Assembly: GCF_964188315.1 (NCBI RefSeq)
Contig: NC_135662.1
Location: 39,122,001-39,186,000 of the forward strand
DNA: 64,000 nt
Source of the DNA: Podarcis muralis
Taxonomy: Eukaryota
Direction: 5' to 3'
Made by a program: the position numbers and the translations under genes. A model generated the notes under the pieces. The model had not been told where the DNA came from. It ran no database searches and was given only the letters and a program-made list of their open reading frames with translations. Position 1 is the stretch's first letter. Each line of letters opens with the position of its first letter. This document shows positions 11,716 through 23,360 of this stretch, in pieces.

Positions 11716-12200
11716 TAAAGTTCAATATACTCCAGCTGTAATATACCAAATTAATATTAAAACAATAAGATTATTGCTCCCCTCTTTGGCTGCATGTGGG
11801 AGATGACTTTGCTCTCACCCTTTGGGGAATGCAGTACCAAAGACCACCAGCCTGTAAGGAGGCATGGGAAGAGTGGATATTTGAGTGTTCATCCTGCCTT
11901 GGAACCCATTTGTGAGGCAAAGTGTCAACCAGCTCTTTCACTGGATTGCTGTGCAATTCTGGGATTAACTGGCATATGTTTAGCTACTTGCTGCTTAATT
12001 AGGGCTTACCCATACTTACCTTTCACCCCCTCTTTCCAGGCACAGGTCCACACTTCCAAGCTCCTTGTCTGATCATTCTTCTTTTGGCCCCAGAGCGTTC
12101 CCTGTGAAAATCTGCTTCTTAAAGCTGAAGTGCACAAAATGTCTGGGAGGTAGCTAGCTTCCTTTAAGGGACTGACACTCAACAATGGGGTGGAGGAAGA

Positions 12201-12392
12201 AGGGCCAGAGTTCAGGGGTAGAGCATCTGCCTTGCATGAGGAAAGGTTTGAAGTTCAGTCCCTGGCATCTCCAGGTAAGGTTGGAAAATAGGGCCCAGGA
12301 ACCCTGGAAAACTGTTGCCAGTCGGCAAAGACAATACTGAACAAAGATGGACCAGTAGTTTGACCTGGTATAAAGCAGTTTCCTATGTTCCT
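12201..12392 (+). mobile_element. tRNA-Ala(TGC)-headed SINE with CR1-type tail
   Basis: ggtagagcatctgccttgcatg...ttcagtccctggcatctcca head; tail gatggacc...tataaagcagtttcctatgttcc; sisters at 17371, 47054 and 55815. Confidence 0.75.
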
Positions 12393-13144
12393 GCATGGGT
12401 AGCCCATTACTGCATGTGAGAAACTGCAGACTAAGGTATTTAAGTAGTACTAAGATATACCTCCCACATCTAAAATTTGGTTGTGTTTGGAATAATTCCG
12501 TAAACGGAGATACATCGCTTCCTCATACCAAGATGAGGAGAAAACATTAAATACGGGGAAAATGAACCATTACGAGGTCCACAGCAATTAAAGTATGTAA
12601 AGAGATTCAATCTATAAGGAAAGGTATCATATACAACAGGCACGTCCAACAGGTAGATCGTGATCTACCGGTAAAAACAAAAACAAATTCAATATGTATT
12701 TTTTGGTTAGATACTATTTGATATGATTCAGTCCTATAATGGCTTTTCTTGTATATCAAGGGTGGCCAACTTCTAAGAGATTGCAATCTACTCACCGTTT
12801 TGAGCTTTTTTTAGGGGAGCTTCTTTGGGGGGAGACAGTGATCTACCAGTGATCTACCACAACGTCCAGTGATTTGTCACTGTCTTTGTTTTGTCTTTTT
12901 GTCTTTTTTTGTTTCCTTTTTCCTTTCCTTTTTATATATGTTGAGAAGTAATGTTTTTAAGTCTGACATTATTTGATTTATATAGAAGGTACCGAAGTAT
13001 GTATTTATTTGTATGTTTGAAATACAAAATTAAATAAATAAATAAAAAGATATACAGTATCACCCAAATGGAGGGATTCAGGTAATCCTAGCATTGTGAC
13101 ATGGTAATTGGAAGGAAGCAGGCCCATGCCTAAAACAAGATGCC

Positions 13145-13173
13145 TGTTGTTGTTGTTGTTGTTGTTGTTGTTG
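13145..13173. repeat. (TGT)n microsatellite
   Basis: About nine TGT units. Confidence 0.9.
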
Positions 13174-13227
13174 ACATCCATCTGTCTCAGCATGTGACAG
13201 TGGCCAAACCCCAGGAAAACAAGGTAT

Positions 13228-13445
13228 CTAAACCTGGAGTATTCCCCAAGATTCTCAAATTGTTTCTTGAATAGTAGTTTGTATCAGGCAAGCCTCTGCA
13301 TCATCTTTGGGGAAAGCACTCGTTTTGAGAAGCTTCAGATTGAATTTTTCACAAGATGCCTTCCAGAGTTGATGTAGGCTTGCCAGATAAGAACTACTAC
13401 TATTCAAGAAAAGATTTGAGAATCTCGGGAATACTCCAGGTTTAG
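13228..13445. repeat. Long imperfect palindrome, ~76-bp arms
   Basis: 13228-13303 is the reverse complement of 13370-13445 apart from a few substitutions and short indels. Confidence 0.9.
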
Positions 13446-14173
13446 CAGGGAGCTGCTTTCTTCCAATGAGAACTTTTCCTGGTGTTTAGAGAAGTGTACT
13501 TGGACTGAAATTTCCGCTTCCTACTGAAGGTGGCTCTCGACACACGTTGCTACAAAAAAGTAATTTATTTCCCCATCTCCACTTGGCACTTACAAAACAA
13601 CAAGCTGTGAATATTTAAATCTTATTAGGAGATATATATATACCATTTGTAAAATTGCTGTTATTTCCTTATATTTGTTGGGACTTTGGGGGGCTTTGTA
13701 TGTTCTTATCTCCAGTATTTAAAAAAGAAGAAGAAAAGATTGGGATGGTTTTTTAAAAAAATGTGACAAAGATCAAGCTATGACATTTTATGCTAGAGGG
13801 CACTTTCCTTTGCAAAATATTTATATCTAAGAAAGTCTGTACACAGATGATTTGTGCAGCAGTTTAAGCCTTAATTACAGTATTTTTACAGAATAACAAT
13901 AATCACAACTACAAGATGTGTCAGAACTTAAAATACACAATGTGGTTGAATATGGAGGAAAGGAAGAATGAATCAACTAGGCCCACATCCCCCCAATTAA
14001 ATGTGTGGGAGCTGTAGAAGAACACATTACCTTGTCATAAAAGCTTACCTTGTCAAATGCAGAATTAATATGTAATAAAATATGATGGAGGAAGGTAATA
14101 CAGCAAGATAAATATAATACAGGTATCAAACTAGCAGGATTCAGATTCATTAAGCAAAGGCACTCTGCACACC

Positions 14174-14179
14174 TTTATT
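14174..14179 (-). terminator. Candidate poly(A) signal for NPBWR1
   Basis: AATAAA on the minus strand ~410 nt past the stop codon, followed by G/U-rich gtgtgcagagtgcctttgctt; alternatives at 13564 and 13004. Confidence 0.45.
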
Positions 14180-14585
14180 TGGCATGAAAAAACTCCATGT
14201 TTCAATTAGTACTGTTCGGTATATTGGGTCTGCTGAATATTAAATCTTCTTCTTTCTTGTTTTTTTACATTCCAAGGAATTATGTTGCATTCCATACCAA
14301 TAGGAGGAGAATCCACAATGAATCGATGTAGTGCCAAAAAAGAAAGAACAAGGGGAAAAATGCCCCGGAGGATGTAATGTGGTGATGCAGCAAGCTTCTT
14401 CACCCTGGCAGGGATACGGGGACACTGCTTGAAGAAGAGGATGAGCCAATTCCTGAATTTTCAGTTTTACAACATTTTGGATCTGGTTCTATGGCCAGAG
14501 CTAGTCCCTTCCAATCATGCTTCGGGAAGTTTCTTCAAAATGCATGAAGCTTATTTTAAAAGGGGCTAGAAAAAGATCCGGAATC

Positions 14586-15584
14586 TTAGGAGGGAGTTCC
14601 ACATTCAACCAACTTTCGGAAACTCTTCCGGAAAGTGTCATCTAAAAAGGCGTAAAGGAACGGGTTGAGGCAACTGTTAGCATAGCTCAGGGTGGTGATG
14701 AAATAGGAGATTCCAATTATCAGAGGGGTTTGTGGGATGTCTGTGGTGAGGGCGACCACAGTGCTCAGGTGATAAGGGGTCCAACAGAACAGGCAAACGC
14801 CCAAGATGATCAGCACCATGATTGTCACTTTCTTTTTCGCTTTGTCCAAAGCTTTAGCATTGCTGTGGAGCCGCATACGCCTCAGCTTGAAGAGCATGGT
14901 GCTGTACAGGATGCAGATGGTGGACACTGGGATGGCAAAGCCCAAGATAAGAGTGTAGAGGCGGCTCACTTTCCACCAGAAGCCCTCTGGGCTGGGAAAG
15001 ACAAAGACACACTGGGATCGTCCCTCTTCAGTGTGTATCTTGGCAAAGATACTGAACGGCAATATGATGATGGTGACAAAAACCCAGACACAGAGACTCA
15101 CTGTCTTGGCAGCCCTGTAGGTGCGATAGCACATTTTCTTGGATTTGATGGTGGCAACCACCACCAGGTATCGGTCGATGCTCATGACTGTGAGAAAATA
15201 AATGCTTGAGAAAGTGTTGTACTGGTCGATGGAGATGATCAGCTTGCACATGAATTCGCCAAAGGGCCACTGAAGCAGCAGGTAGTCTGCTATGTTGATA
15301 GGAAGTACCAACGTGAAGAGCTCATCAGCAATGGCCAGGTTCAGAATGAAAATGTTGGTGACGGTCTTCATTTTGGGAGCTTTTAGGATGACATAAATGA
15401 CTGCAGAGTTTCCAGTGAGCCCGACAGCACAGATCACAGAGTAGATGATGGGTACGGCAATGTAGAAGTTAGGAATCAGCTGTGGAGCTGTCATGTTGTG
15501 CCCATGTTGTCCTGACCCATAGCAACCAAAATCCACATCAGTACAGGAAGCATTGAAGTTGGGCTGGGAAGAAAAATTATCCAT
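14586..15584 (-). CDS. NPBWR1: Neuropeptide B/W receptor type 1 (GPR7), class A GPCR, 332 aa, uninterrupted CDS
   Basis: Seven hydrophobic helices, DRY, CWTP and NPFLY motifs, N-terminal sequons (NFS, NAS, NMT). Segments ADELFTLVLPINIAD, DQYNTFSS and PYHLSTVVALTTD match NPBWR1 rather than NPBWR2 as recalled. First ATG 15584 has strong Kozak context (acaATGg); the track start 15599 is a TTG. Confidence 0.93.
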   Translation of the reverse strand: MDNFSSQPNFNASCTDVDFGCYGSGQHGHNMTAPQLIPNFYIAVPIIYSVICAVGLTGNSAVIYVILKAPKMKTVTNIFILNLAIADELFTLVLPINIADYLLLQWPFGEFMCKLIISIDQYNTFSSIYFLTVMSIDRYLVVVATIKSKKMCYRTYRAAKTVSLCVWVFVTIIILPFSIFAKIHTEEGRSQCVFVFPSPEGFWWKVSRLYTLILGFAIPVSTICILYSTMLFKLRRMRLHSNAKALDKAKKKVTIMVLIILGVCLFCWTPYHLSTVVALTTDIPQTPLIIGISYFITTLSYANSCLNPFLYAFLDDTFRKSFRKLVECGTPS

Positions 15585-15903
15585 TGTCTGCAGTGACAAA
15601 TATCAGTCTCCTCTGTTAAATATTGTTTAGTTTAGATGAGAGTACTAGATGCAGTCCTTTTACAAAACCTTATGAGTGAGATCAGTCTATTTGAAATACA
15701 TTACATTAGAGATTTCCTTCAGGTTCTTATTTCTTGAAGCTGCTTGATTCAAGCTAATTTTCAGGTAAATTGCCTCTCCTAGCACTTTCTTTTCTATTTA
15801 CTGAAACCAGTAAAGCAGTCTTTCAGTTAAATAGTTAAATAGTTTTTGCATCCTGCTTCCTTTTTATCTTTCCACTTTGGAGCACTCTGACTGTACAGAT
15901 CTC

Positions 15904-16292
15904 CTAAGGAAAATAAAATTTTAAAACAAATAAATTAAGTTTCAACATGCCCCTGGCTATTTTACATGCAGCTCAACATTGCATGGAAATGACATTTAAT
16001 GTCTCTATATAATTAAGCACAAAATTACCTCTCTTGTTATAGTTTTCATTAATTCTCTTTCCGCGCATTGCCTAGGAGGAATATGCTACGAAAATTCTTG
16101 TTCATGGGAAATAATAAACACATATAAAAACCATGCCTCTGTGACTGAAGAATCCTAAATGAGACTCTTCCCCATCTACACTCACAGATTATGTCTCCGT
16201 CTTCCTTTTCACCCACAGACATTCTTCACACACTATTTTATTACACTCATTATAGCCTGAGTTAATGCTTAGGATCCTCCGTTTCCCCTTAC
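15904..16292 (-). other. Predicted 389-nt intron in the NPBWR1 5' UTR
   Basis: Donor AAG|GTAAGG at 16292; acceptor ttttattttccttag|G at 15904 with branch-like CTTAAT at 15934-15939. Confidence 0.5.
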
Positions 16293-16296
16293 CTTT

Positions 16297-16428
16297 CTAA
16301 CCAAGACTGTGTCCTGCTTTTGCGCATCCTTTTGCAGTCACTGTGCTCTGGAGGCTCAACAGCAAGCTGAGAAACAGGAGTGAAGTGCTGTGATGCTGAA
16401 ATGCTGGACAGCTCCTCAGCAGCTGCAT
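16297..16428 (-). other. Upstream ORF, 43 aa, in the predicted first exon
   Basis: Hand translation MQLLRSCPAFQHHSTSLLFLSLLLSLQSTVTAKGCAKAGHSLG*; purine at -3. Confidence 0.35.
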
Positions 16429-16562
16429 CTCTGAACAGTTCCTGCAGGTCTGGAGAGCTCCTTCTGAACCCCACTCCCTTGGCTAGGAAATGGAGGGCAG
16501 GTATTACCTCAGCACGGAAGCCCTACCGTTTCAGCTCACAGGTCAGTCAACACAGCCACCAA

Positions 16563-16623
16563 TTTATATTCTCCTCCTTATGAGAGATCTGCTTCCTCTG
16601 AAGTTACAGACCCCTTCACGTGA
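16563..16623 (-). promoter_or_regulatory. Candidate NPBWR1 core promoter: TATA box plus E-box
   Basis: TATAAA on the minus strand at 16568-16563; palindromic TCACGTGA at 16616-16623, ~50 nt upstream. Confidence 0.5.
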
Positions 16624-17148
16624 CAATAGCTTGTAGAGCTTCCATCTCTTCTCCTGTTTGTTCATTGCAAAGTGAGATCAGTTTGCTTTACTAATGCAAT
16701 TGTTCATCTTTAGATATACAGCTATATAAAACTTCCTCTTGTTATTAACTTACTATCAATCAGTTTCATTAGATTACTTAGAGTTTATTTTGTTTGAGAG
16801 AGGATAATTTGTACCTAGTTTCTCCATACCAGTCATAAATTTTATAAATCTCTGTCATGCCCCCTCCTCTCAATTATCTGTATTTTGAAATGAAAAAAAT
16901 AGCAAACATCTTATTTGATGACTCCTTATAGGGAAGATGTTTTAATCCAGCGGCAATTTGCTTTGGCATTTCCTATACTTCTCTAGCCTGTACCATGGCA
17001 AAAACTTCATTTGAAGCTCGGTCATGTTATGATAGGAGTTCAGTTATGTGTTACTTGTCCTAAAGCACTTTTTGCAAGCTGCTGGAGTGCCAATACTGTG
17101 CAAGAAGGGCAGATAAGCCAATTCTGCCCTACTTAACTGGAAAATCAC

Positions 17149-17169
17149 ATCAGCACCAAGGACACTGCA
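17149..17169 (+). promoter_or_regulatory. RE1/NRSE-like site
   Basis: ATCAGCACCAAGGACACTGCA vs TTCAGCACCACGGACAGCGCC, 16 of 21, one mismatch in the GGACAG half. Confidence 0.35.
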
Positions 17170-17370
17170 CCTTTTCAGTCTCTACAGGTGATGAAGAGGT
17201 GGTGGGATGCTGCTTGAGATCTGTTGGCATCCCAGCCCAGGCTTCATCCTCGTCTAAAAGGACTTTCTGCATCCCAGTTTTCCTATATAAAGGAGGAAAC
17301 ACAAAGGGGATAGTCAGTTCTGTTAGCTGCTGCATCAACAATACTAAAGCAACTTGATATTGTTGGGAGG

Positions 17371-17550
17371 AGGGCTGAAGCTCAGTGGTAGCTCATCCAT
17401 TTTGTCTTCAGAGATGGTTCCAGGTTCAATCCCCAGTATCTCCAGAGGTGGGAATGTTACCCGTCTGAAATCCTGGAGAGCTCCTGCCAGTCAGCATGGA
17501 CAGGACTGAGATGGATGCTGATTTGATTCAGTATAAAGTAGATTCCTAAC
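17371..17550 (+). mobile_element. Degenerate tRNA-Ala-headed SINE
   Basis: agctcagtggtag...ccaggttcaatccccagtatctcca...tcctggagagctcctgccagtc...gatggatg. Confidence 0.7.
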
Positions 17551-18144
17551 CTGACAATGCAATTTACAATATTTAAAATAAAATATGCTGAGCTAGATGG
17601 TGGTTTGTGGGTTCCCCTGTTGGAACCATACTATTTAAAACCATGTACCAAATTATATGTGGGTGATTATAAGAGTACCCCAGAGACCAATATTTTTCCA
17701 TGGCCAACCCTCCTTGCCCTCCCAATAGGCAGAGTGAGACATTTGCCTTAGGCAGCTGATCTTGGGTGTCATGAAAGGCACCAAACTGTACATTATTTAA
17801 TGTATTATGATTTGGGGAAGCCTGGGAGAGGAGAGGGGAGAAAGCTTCATTGTGCAACCATAAACCTCTGAGCTGGTACAACAAGTGATTTAAGTACTGC
17901 CATTCATGTCAGCTGAAATCAATCAGAATTTCACCACATACTTCAGCATAGTCAAGAATACTGTTGAAGGAGCCTTCAACTGCCTACATGAAGAAACCCA
18001 TTAAACAACAAATTACCGATGTGCGTTGCCGTTATACTTATCTCCTATATTTCCTTTGGGGAATTCAGAGTCGCTTATCTGACTCTCAGCATTCCCTTAC
18101 TGAGCGGCTAACAATGAAATAGGAGTGGATATTTAGAAAGACAT

Positions 18145-18910
18145 GAAGGTCCTGCTCACTCAGACAAACTAAGTCTAGCATCCTCTTCTTACAGTGGCCA
18201 ACCACAGGCTCATGGGAAGCCCACATTCAGAACATGAGCACAACAGCACTCTCCTACTTGTGTTCCCCAGCAACTGGTAGTCAAAGGCATACTAAGGGCC
18301 ACAGGGAGGTTAGGCTGGCCTCAACCAGAGCCAGGGCTTTTTTGGCCATGGCCCCGATCTGGTGGAACTCTCTGTCACAAGAGACTAGGGCACTGCAGGA
18401 CTTGACATCTTTCCACAGGGCCTACAAGACAGAACTGTTCCACCAGGCCTTTGGCCAAGGCACAATCTGACCCCCTCCTTCCGTAATCCTCATAGAACTC
18501 TAGCCCAATGGTTGCCAATAATTTGATTTTGAATTGATTTTAGAATGAATTGATTTTAGAATGCGTTTCAATTAATTGATTGTGATTTTATGTAAACTGT
18601 GTTACTTTTATTGTTGTTAGCCAATCTGAGCTCGGCTTCAGCTAGGGAGGGCGGGATATAAATAAAATTTTATTATTATTATACGGCTCCAATACTGAAG
18701 GCAGTACACAGCCTTTGATAGCCTTGTCCTTCATGAGTGTGCATAATCCCCTTTTAAAGCTAAGTCGGCAACCATCACTACAATTTGTGATGGTGCATTC
18801 CATAGCTTAACTATGCACTGAGTAAAGAAATACTTCCATAGATATATCCTGAATCTTCCAGCATTCAGCTCCATCAGATGATTTGAGATTCCCTAGTATT
18901 ATGTGAGAGC
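18145..18910 (-). mobile_element. CR1 3' end interrupted by an L2 insertion
   Basis: agcatcctcttcttacagtggccaacc...ggcatact resumes at atacggctcc...ttttaaagc...ccatagcttaactatgcactg; same family as 51396-51658. Confidence 0.65.
18294..18680 (+). mobile_element. L2 3' fragment nested in CR1
   Basis: ORF track peptide RARAFLAMAPIWWNSLSQETRALQDLTSFHRAYKTELFHQAF is an L2 ORF2 C-terminus; tail gagggcgggatataaataaaattttattattatt. Confidence 0.8.
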
Positions 18911-21869
18911 AGTAGCAGGCAGCTAGCAAGAGTGCTGGATTGCCTCCCCCAGTGTGTTGACACCATGCTCCCCTTGCCATGGTCTCTCCCCTTCGCTTCT
19001 CAGTAACCTACAGCAAGGCCAGCGACAGGCGGACAGGTAAGCACCATCACTCTGTCCTGCAGACTGCTACTGGGTGAAAGGGAGAAAAACGCCTCTCCAC
19101 CTTTTTCACACCAGACATAATTTTAAACATATGTCCCCCTTACTCACCTTTCATCCCAGATCCTCCCTAGATCACTTCTTATAAAATAATTTGTGTGGTG
19201 TTATTGATCCTACAAAGCAGCCCAGAGCTGGTACACTTATGTTTGTGGGGTGGGGAGAGGGGAATTGCTGAGAGAGAATAGTGAATGACAGTCCTGCAGT
19301 GTAGCCCAGAGTTATCCAGTCTCTTGGTGTTTTTAATTTCTTTAGGGAAATGCAGTTGGGAGGCAGCTGTTGAATATAACAGCAACAGCAGGGGAGAGAG
19401 TGTGATTAATTGCTTTTGCACTCATAGGGGGATTCTTGGGGTGTTTGTGTGGCTGCTGCTGGGATAAAACATGCATAGTGATGTAAAAAAAACAAACAAA
19501 AACCTCGTGTCCCTTTTGATCAAAGAAAAGAAAATGTATCTGTTTGACCCAGGCTGCTAACATTACTGTAGTTTTTATGAGGTATGCTATATTAAAAATA
19601 AATAACCGCAGCAAATGCTCTTCAAGCACTCTGCTTGCTTTTCAGTAACTTACTCCTAGATTTGTCCAAGAACAGACATCAGCACCTTGAACGATGTAAA
19701 TATTAAATCTCTGTTGACCCCACATTGGCCTTTGCAACTGCCATGCTTTGTGCTGAATGCGGTATTGACAGCCTAAGATCAATTAGTTGAAAGATCTGTG
19801 GTCACATAAATGGTTTACAACTGGGTGAGAGTGAGGCTATTGTGCTTCTAGCAGCTGTTTTTCAGGCAGGAATTCAACAGGTCAAGCCTTTCCTAAAATG
19901 GAAATCTTCACCTGTTGACATTTTCGCATGCATCTTACTACTTGTGTGCAGCCCTCAATTTATTTTGGGGCCATCCACCCCACCTGCACAATAGGATATA
20001 CGTTTGCACAGGACATAAAGTGTGTGTATCTCAGACTTAACAGCCCTAGGATGCAGATCCTGAGCTATGAGGCCCACCCCAGGTCTTTGGATCACTGCCT
20101 TATTTGCTTGTTGCCTTGATGCCACTGGGGTCCATATCCACCTCCTAGTACCAAAAGTTTAAAAGTCTTAAATCCCATTAAAAAAACAATGAGTCAATTT
20201 TGCTGTTTTAAAATCGAGGGCATATGGAATTGTTCTTGGTGGCTGCCCAACATGTGATAAATATATACTGATGGTGAACTTAGGTCTCTCAGTTCTCATC
20301 TGCCACTTCACTATCCACATATGAGAGGGAGATATCAGTAGGCTTGGGGGAAATTTATACATGTACAAAAGAAACTTTAAGGGTGAGGGGGAACCAAAGG
20401 AAAGAGACCTCTTAAGCAACCCAATGACAACTGAGCATGCTCAGTGGGTACAGAGTGCTGACACTGCTGTGGGGAATGGGATGGAAAACTGGGTTAGAAG
20501 GAGGAAGACTGGAACAGAGTATCCTGGATAGGGCAAAGTTTGTTGCCTAGAGCTCTGGATGGAGGCACTCTATGCTGCATGGGGCATTCCCACTTGTTAC
20601 AATCGTAAAAAAAACCCCAAACCTATCAGAATGTGAGTTAAAGTGATATAGTGTTGGCGTTTTAGTTAAAGAATAAATAAATTCAATTTTATCACATGTT
20701 TTCTGCAGGCGTATATGGAACTATCCCCATTTTATGTTCTCTGCAACCCTGTCAGGCAGGCTAAACTGGGAAGCTAGTTCAAGGAAGGATCATGGCTAAA
20801 TGGAAATTTGAAACCAGATTTCCCCAGTCAACCCACTATCTGCTAAATCCCACCAGCTCTTGGTATTTTTAAAAAAATATATATGCATGTTTTAAATATG
20901 TATATATGCGTGCACACATTATTACTTGCCCTGCAGCCACAATGAATTAAAGAACTGTAAAGCAACCATTAGTGATTCATTGATTTACAGAACATGTTTA
21001 CTCAAAATTCTGAATTCTGTGGGATTTACTCCCCAGTAAATGTGTTTGGAATTTCAGCCAAAAGTCTCCAAGTTATCAGCTATATGCTATGCAATGTAAA
21101 TAGAACAGAATTCAGTCTTTTGCCTTGGGCTCTTTATAAGGTGCATTATGAAGTGTGTAATTAGCATTTAGAGCTTGTGATTATTGTAAATGTGATTAAA
21201 AGCTTAGCTGCTCTAAAACTTAATGTTCTGTTGTGAAAAGTGGTATATTTGTATAATATACCTTTTGTTTTCTTACGGGCTGTGGTCAATACCAGATAAA
21301 TTATGGCTACTAGGGATATAATGTTCTTTGAATGTCCTTTATTAGTGGACTTGCTGCAACACAATGATATTTTCTCTCTCTTTGACTATGCTATTATTAA
21401 ATATTAGAAGAAATTTTAACAATTGTGTTTACCCAAGCGTTTGATTACTGAATTATACTGTTCCTAGCAACCTTGAAATTTTTAGCTGTTTTTAGATTAT
21501 CTTAATGTTTTAAAAAGTTTTGGAACTTTTTAATTGATTTAAAATGTTTTTATGCTATTTTTAATTGTATAGTTTTAACATTTTGGTGTTTACTACCCTG
21601 GGCTCCTTTGGGAGGATGGGAAAGAAATTTGATAATAAACAAAAGAAAACAAAATAAAACCAATAAATGAAAATGACACTATACACTTTTTACTTCTGAG
21701 AAAATTTTTGTAGGACTGAGCAGGCTGCCCAGTGAATTACAGTGATGTTTCTGAACAGGAATTAGTATCCTATATTCCTACAAACCAACTCATAATGAAT
21801 AATTCCAACACAACTTTTTGAAGGAGGTATTTTGTATTCACCACTAAAATTAGTAGGATCAGGTATGTA

Positions 21870-22128
21870 CAGTGGTACCTCGGGTTAAGTACTTAATTTG
21901 TTTTGGAGGTCCATTCTTAACCAGAAACTGTTCTTAACCTGAAACTGTTCTTAACCTGAGGTACCACTTTAGCTAATGGGGCCTCCTGCTGCTGCCGCGC
22001 CACTGGAGCACGATTTCTGTTCTCATCCTGAAGCAAAGTTCTTAACCCGAGGTACTATTTCTGGGTTAGCGGAGTCTGTAACCTGAAGCGTATTTAACCT
22101 GAAGCATATGTAACCCGAGGTACCACTG
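21870..22128. mobile_element. Tc1/mariner (Tigger-like) MITE
   Basis: Perfect 18-bp TIR cagtggtacctcgggtta; TA TSD at 21868-21869 and 22129-22130. Confidence 0.92.
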
Positions 22129-23230
22129 TATGAGAAAAAGATGGCCGCACACATGCAATTATGTGGGGGTAGCCATATTTTCCCTATACAAATACTATAA
22201 AAAAACATCATGTGATCCCAGAGCACCACTTCCAGGACCATTTCTGCCCCCATTCTGAATTACGGTAGAGCAGGGCCTGTGCTTCCTGGTCTGTCTCAGA
22301 TTTTTAAAAAAATATTTATTTTAAAAGCTGCTGGATCAACTCAAAGAAGTTCAATTTAAAATGCTTCCAAATCTTGTAATAACAAAACATTTGACTGAAC
22401 TGGACTTGCAACTCAACAAGAAACTATGAATTATAGTGGGGCAGTTCATTAATCAATGTATATAGAGTAATCAAATATGTAGGATTAAGAACTAGCTCTG
22501 TACATAATAAAGACCCACATCCTGTAGTCATTATTCAATTCACAACCTAGTACATTTGTGACAAAGGTCATGAACCTTCCCTTTGGAGCAGACAAGAATA
22601 CTGAAGAGAGAAAAAGGGAGCAGCTCAAGGTTATGAAAGGAATTAATTACTTAGATTCAGACCTAAAATAATGGGCCACATGGGTCCTGTGAATATCTGA
22701 GGAAAACGCCAGCATGGATGAGAAGAAACACACTTGTCTGTAGAAGAAGCCAGGCCATTTTGAGACTGATGATGTCTGAGCAATTATAAGAGGACACTCT
22801 GACCGCAAAAGTGAAAAATGCCCATGCCACTCTATTCAGCTCATGTCCCCAGAATCAGAACAGTTTAAGTTCTCGTTAATTAGAAGCAAATTTAAAAAAG
22901 CAACTTACAAGCTGATGCCGAGTTTCCCTGGGTACCCATTATCTTCAGGAAAATAAATTGCCCCTTGTTTCACAAACATCTATTGCTCTGAAAAATATCT
23001 TGCACTCAATTTAAAAGTTGGGATGACATTTATTATAGGAGCAGAAAGATTTAGACCAAGAATATGACCTGTGTCAAAAAGCCAGCTTGACGGGTTATTT
23101 AGGAAATGCCACATTATGAGCACTACAATGTGCACTCTGTGAGGTTGCAAAGAACAGCAGATCTCCTCACCACCACCCACCACCACCACCAATCTTCCCC
23201 ATCTGCACTATGCATTTAACCTTCATGGAT

Positions 23231-23360
23231 TTCCCCAAAGAATCCTGGGAACTGTGGTTTGTTAAAGATGTTGAGAACTGGAAGTCTGTGAGGACAATAG
23301 GAGTCTTCTGAAACTCTGAATACCCTTAACAAAACACAGTTCCCAGGATTCTTTGGGGAA
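23231..23360. repeat. Foldback core of a palindromic MITE family
   Basis: 35-bp arms ttccccaaagaatcctgggaactgtggtttgttaa, 34 of 35 complementary. Confidence 0.85.

Noticed and set aside
14730-15209. 159-aa plus-strand ORF
   Set aside because: Antisense shadow of the NPBWR1 CDS; GTG start and no recognisable domain
15585-15599. N-terminal extension MSLQT in the ORF track
   Set aside because: Starts at TTG; the ATG at 15584 has strong Kozak context and matches the MDN start of NPBWR1 orthologues
16507-16522. tcagcacggaag as an RE1 site
   Set aside because: Spacing and right half do not fit the REST consensus
20430-20445. Perfect 16-bp palindrome actgagcatgctcagt containing one p53 half-site
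   Set aside because: No second half-site; short palindromes like this are common in DNA transposon debris
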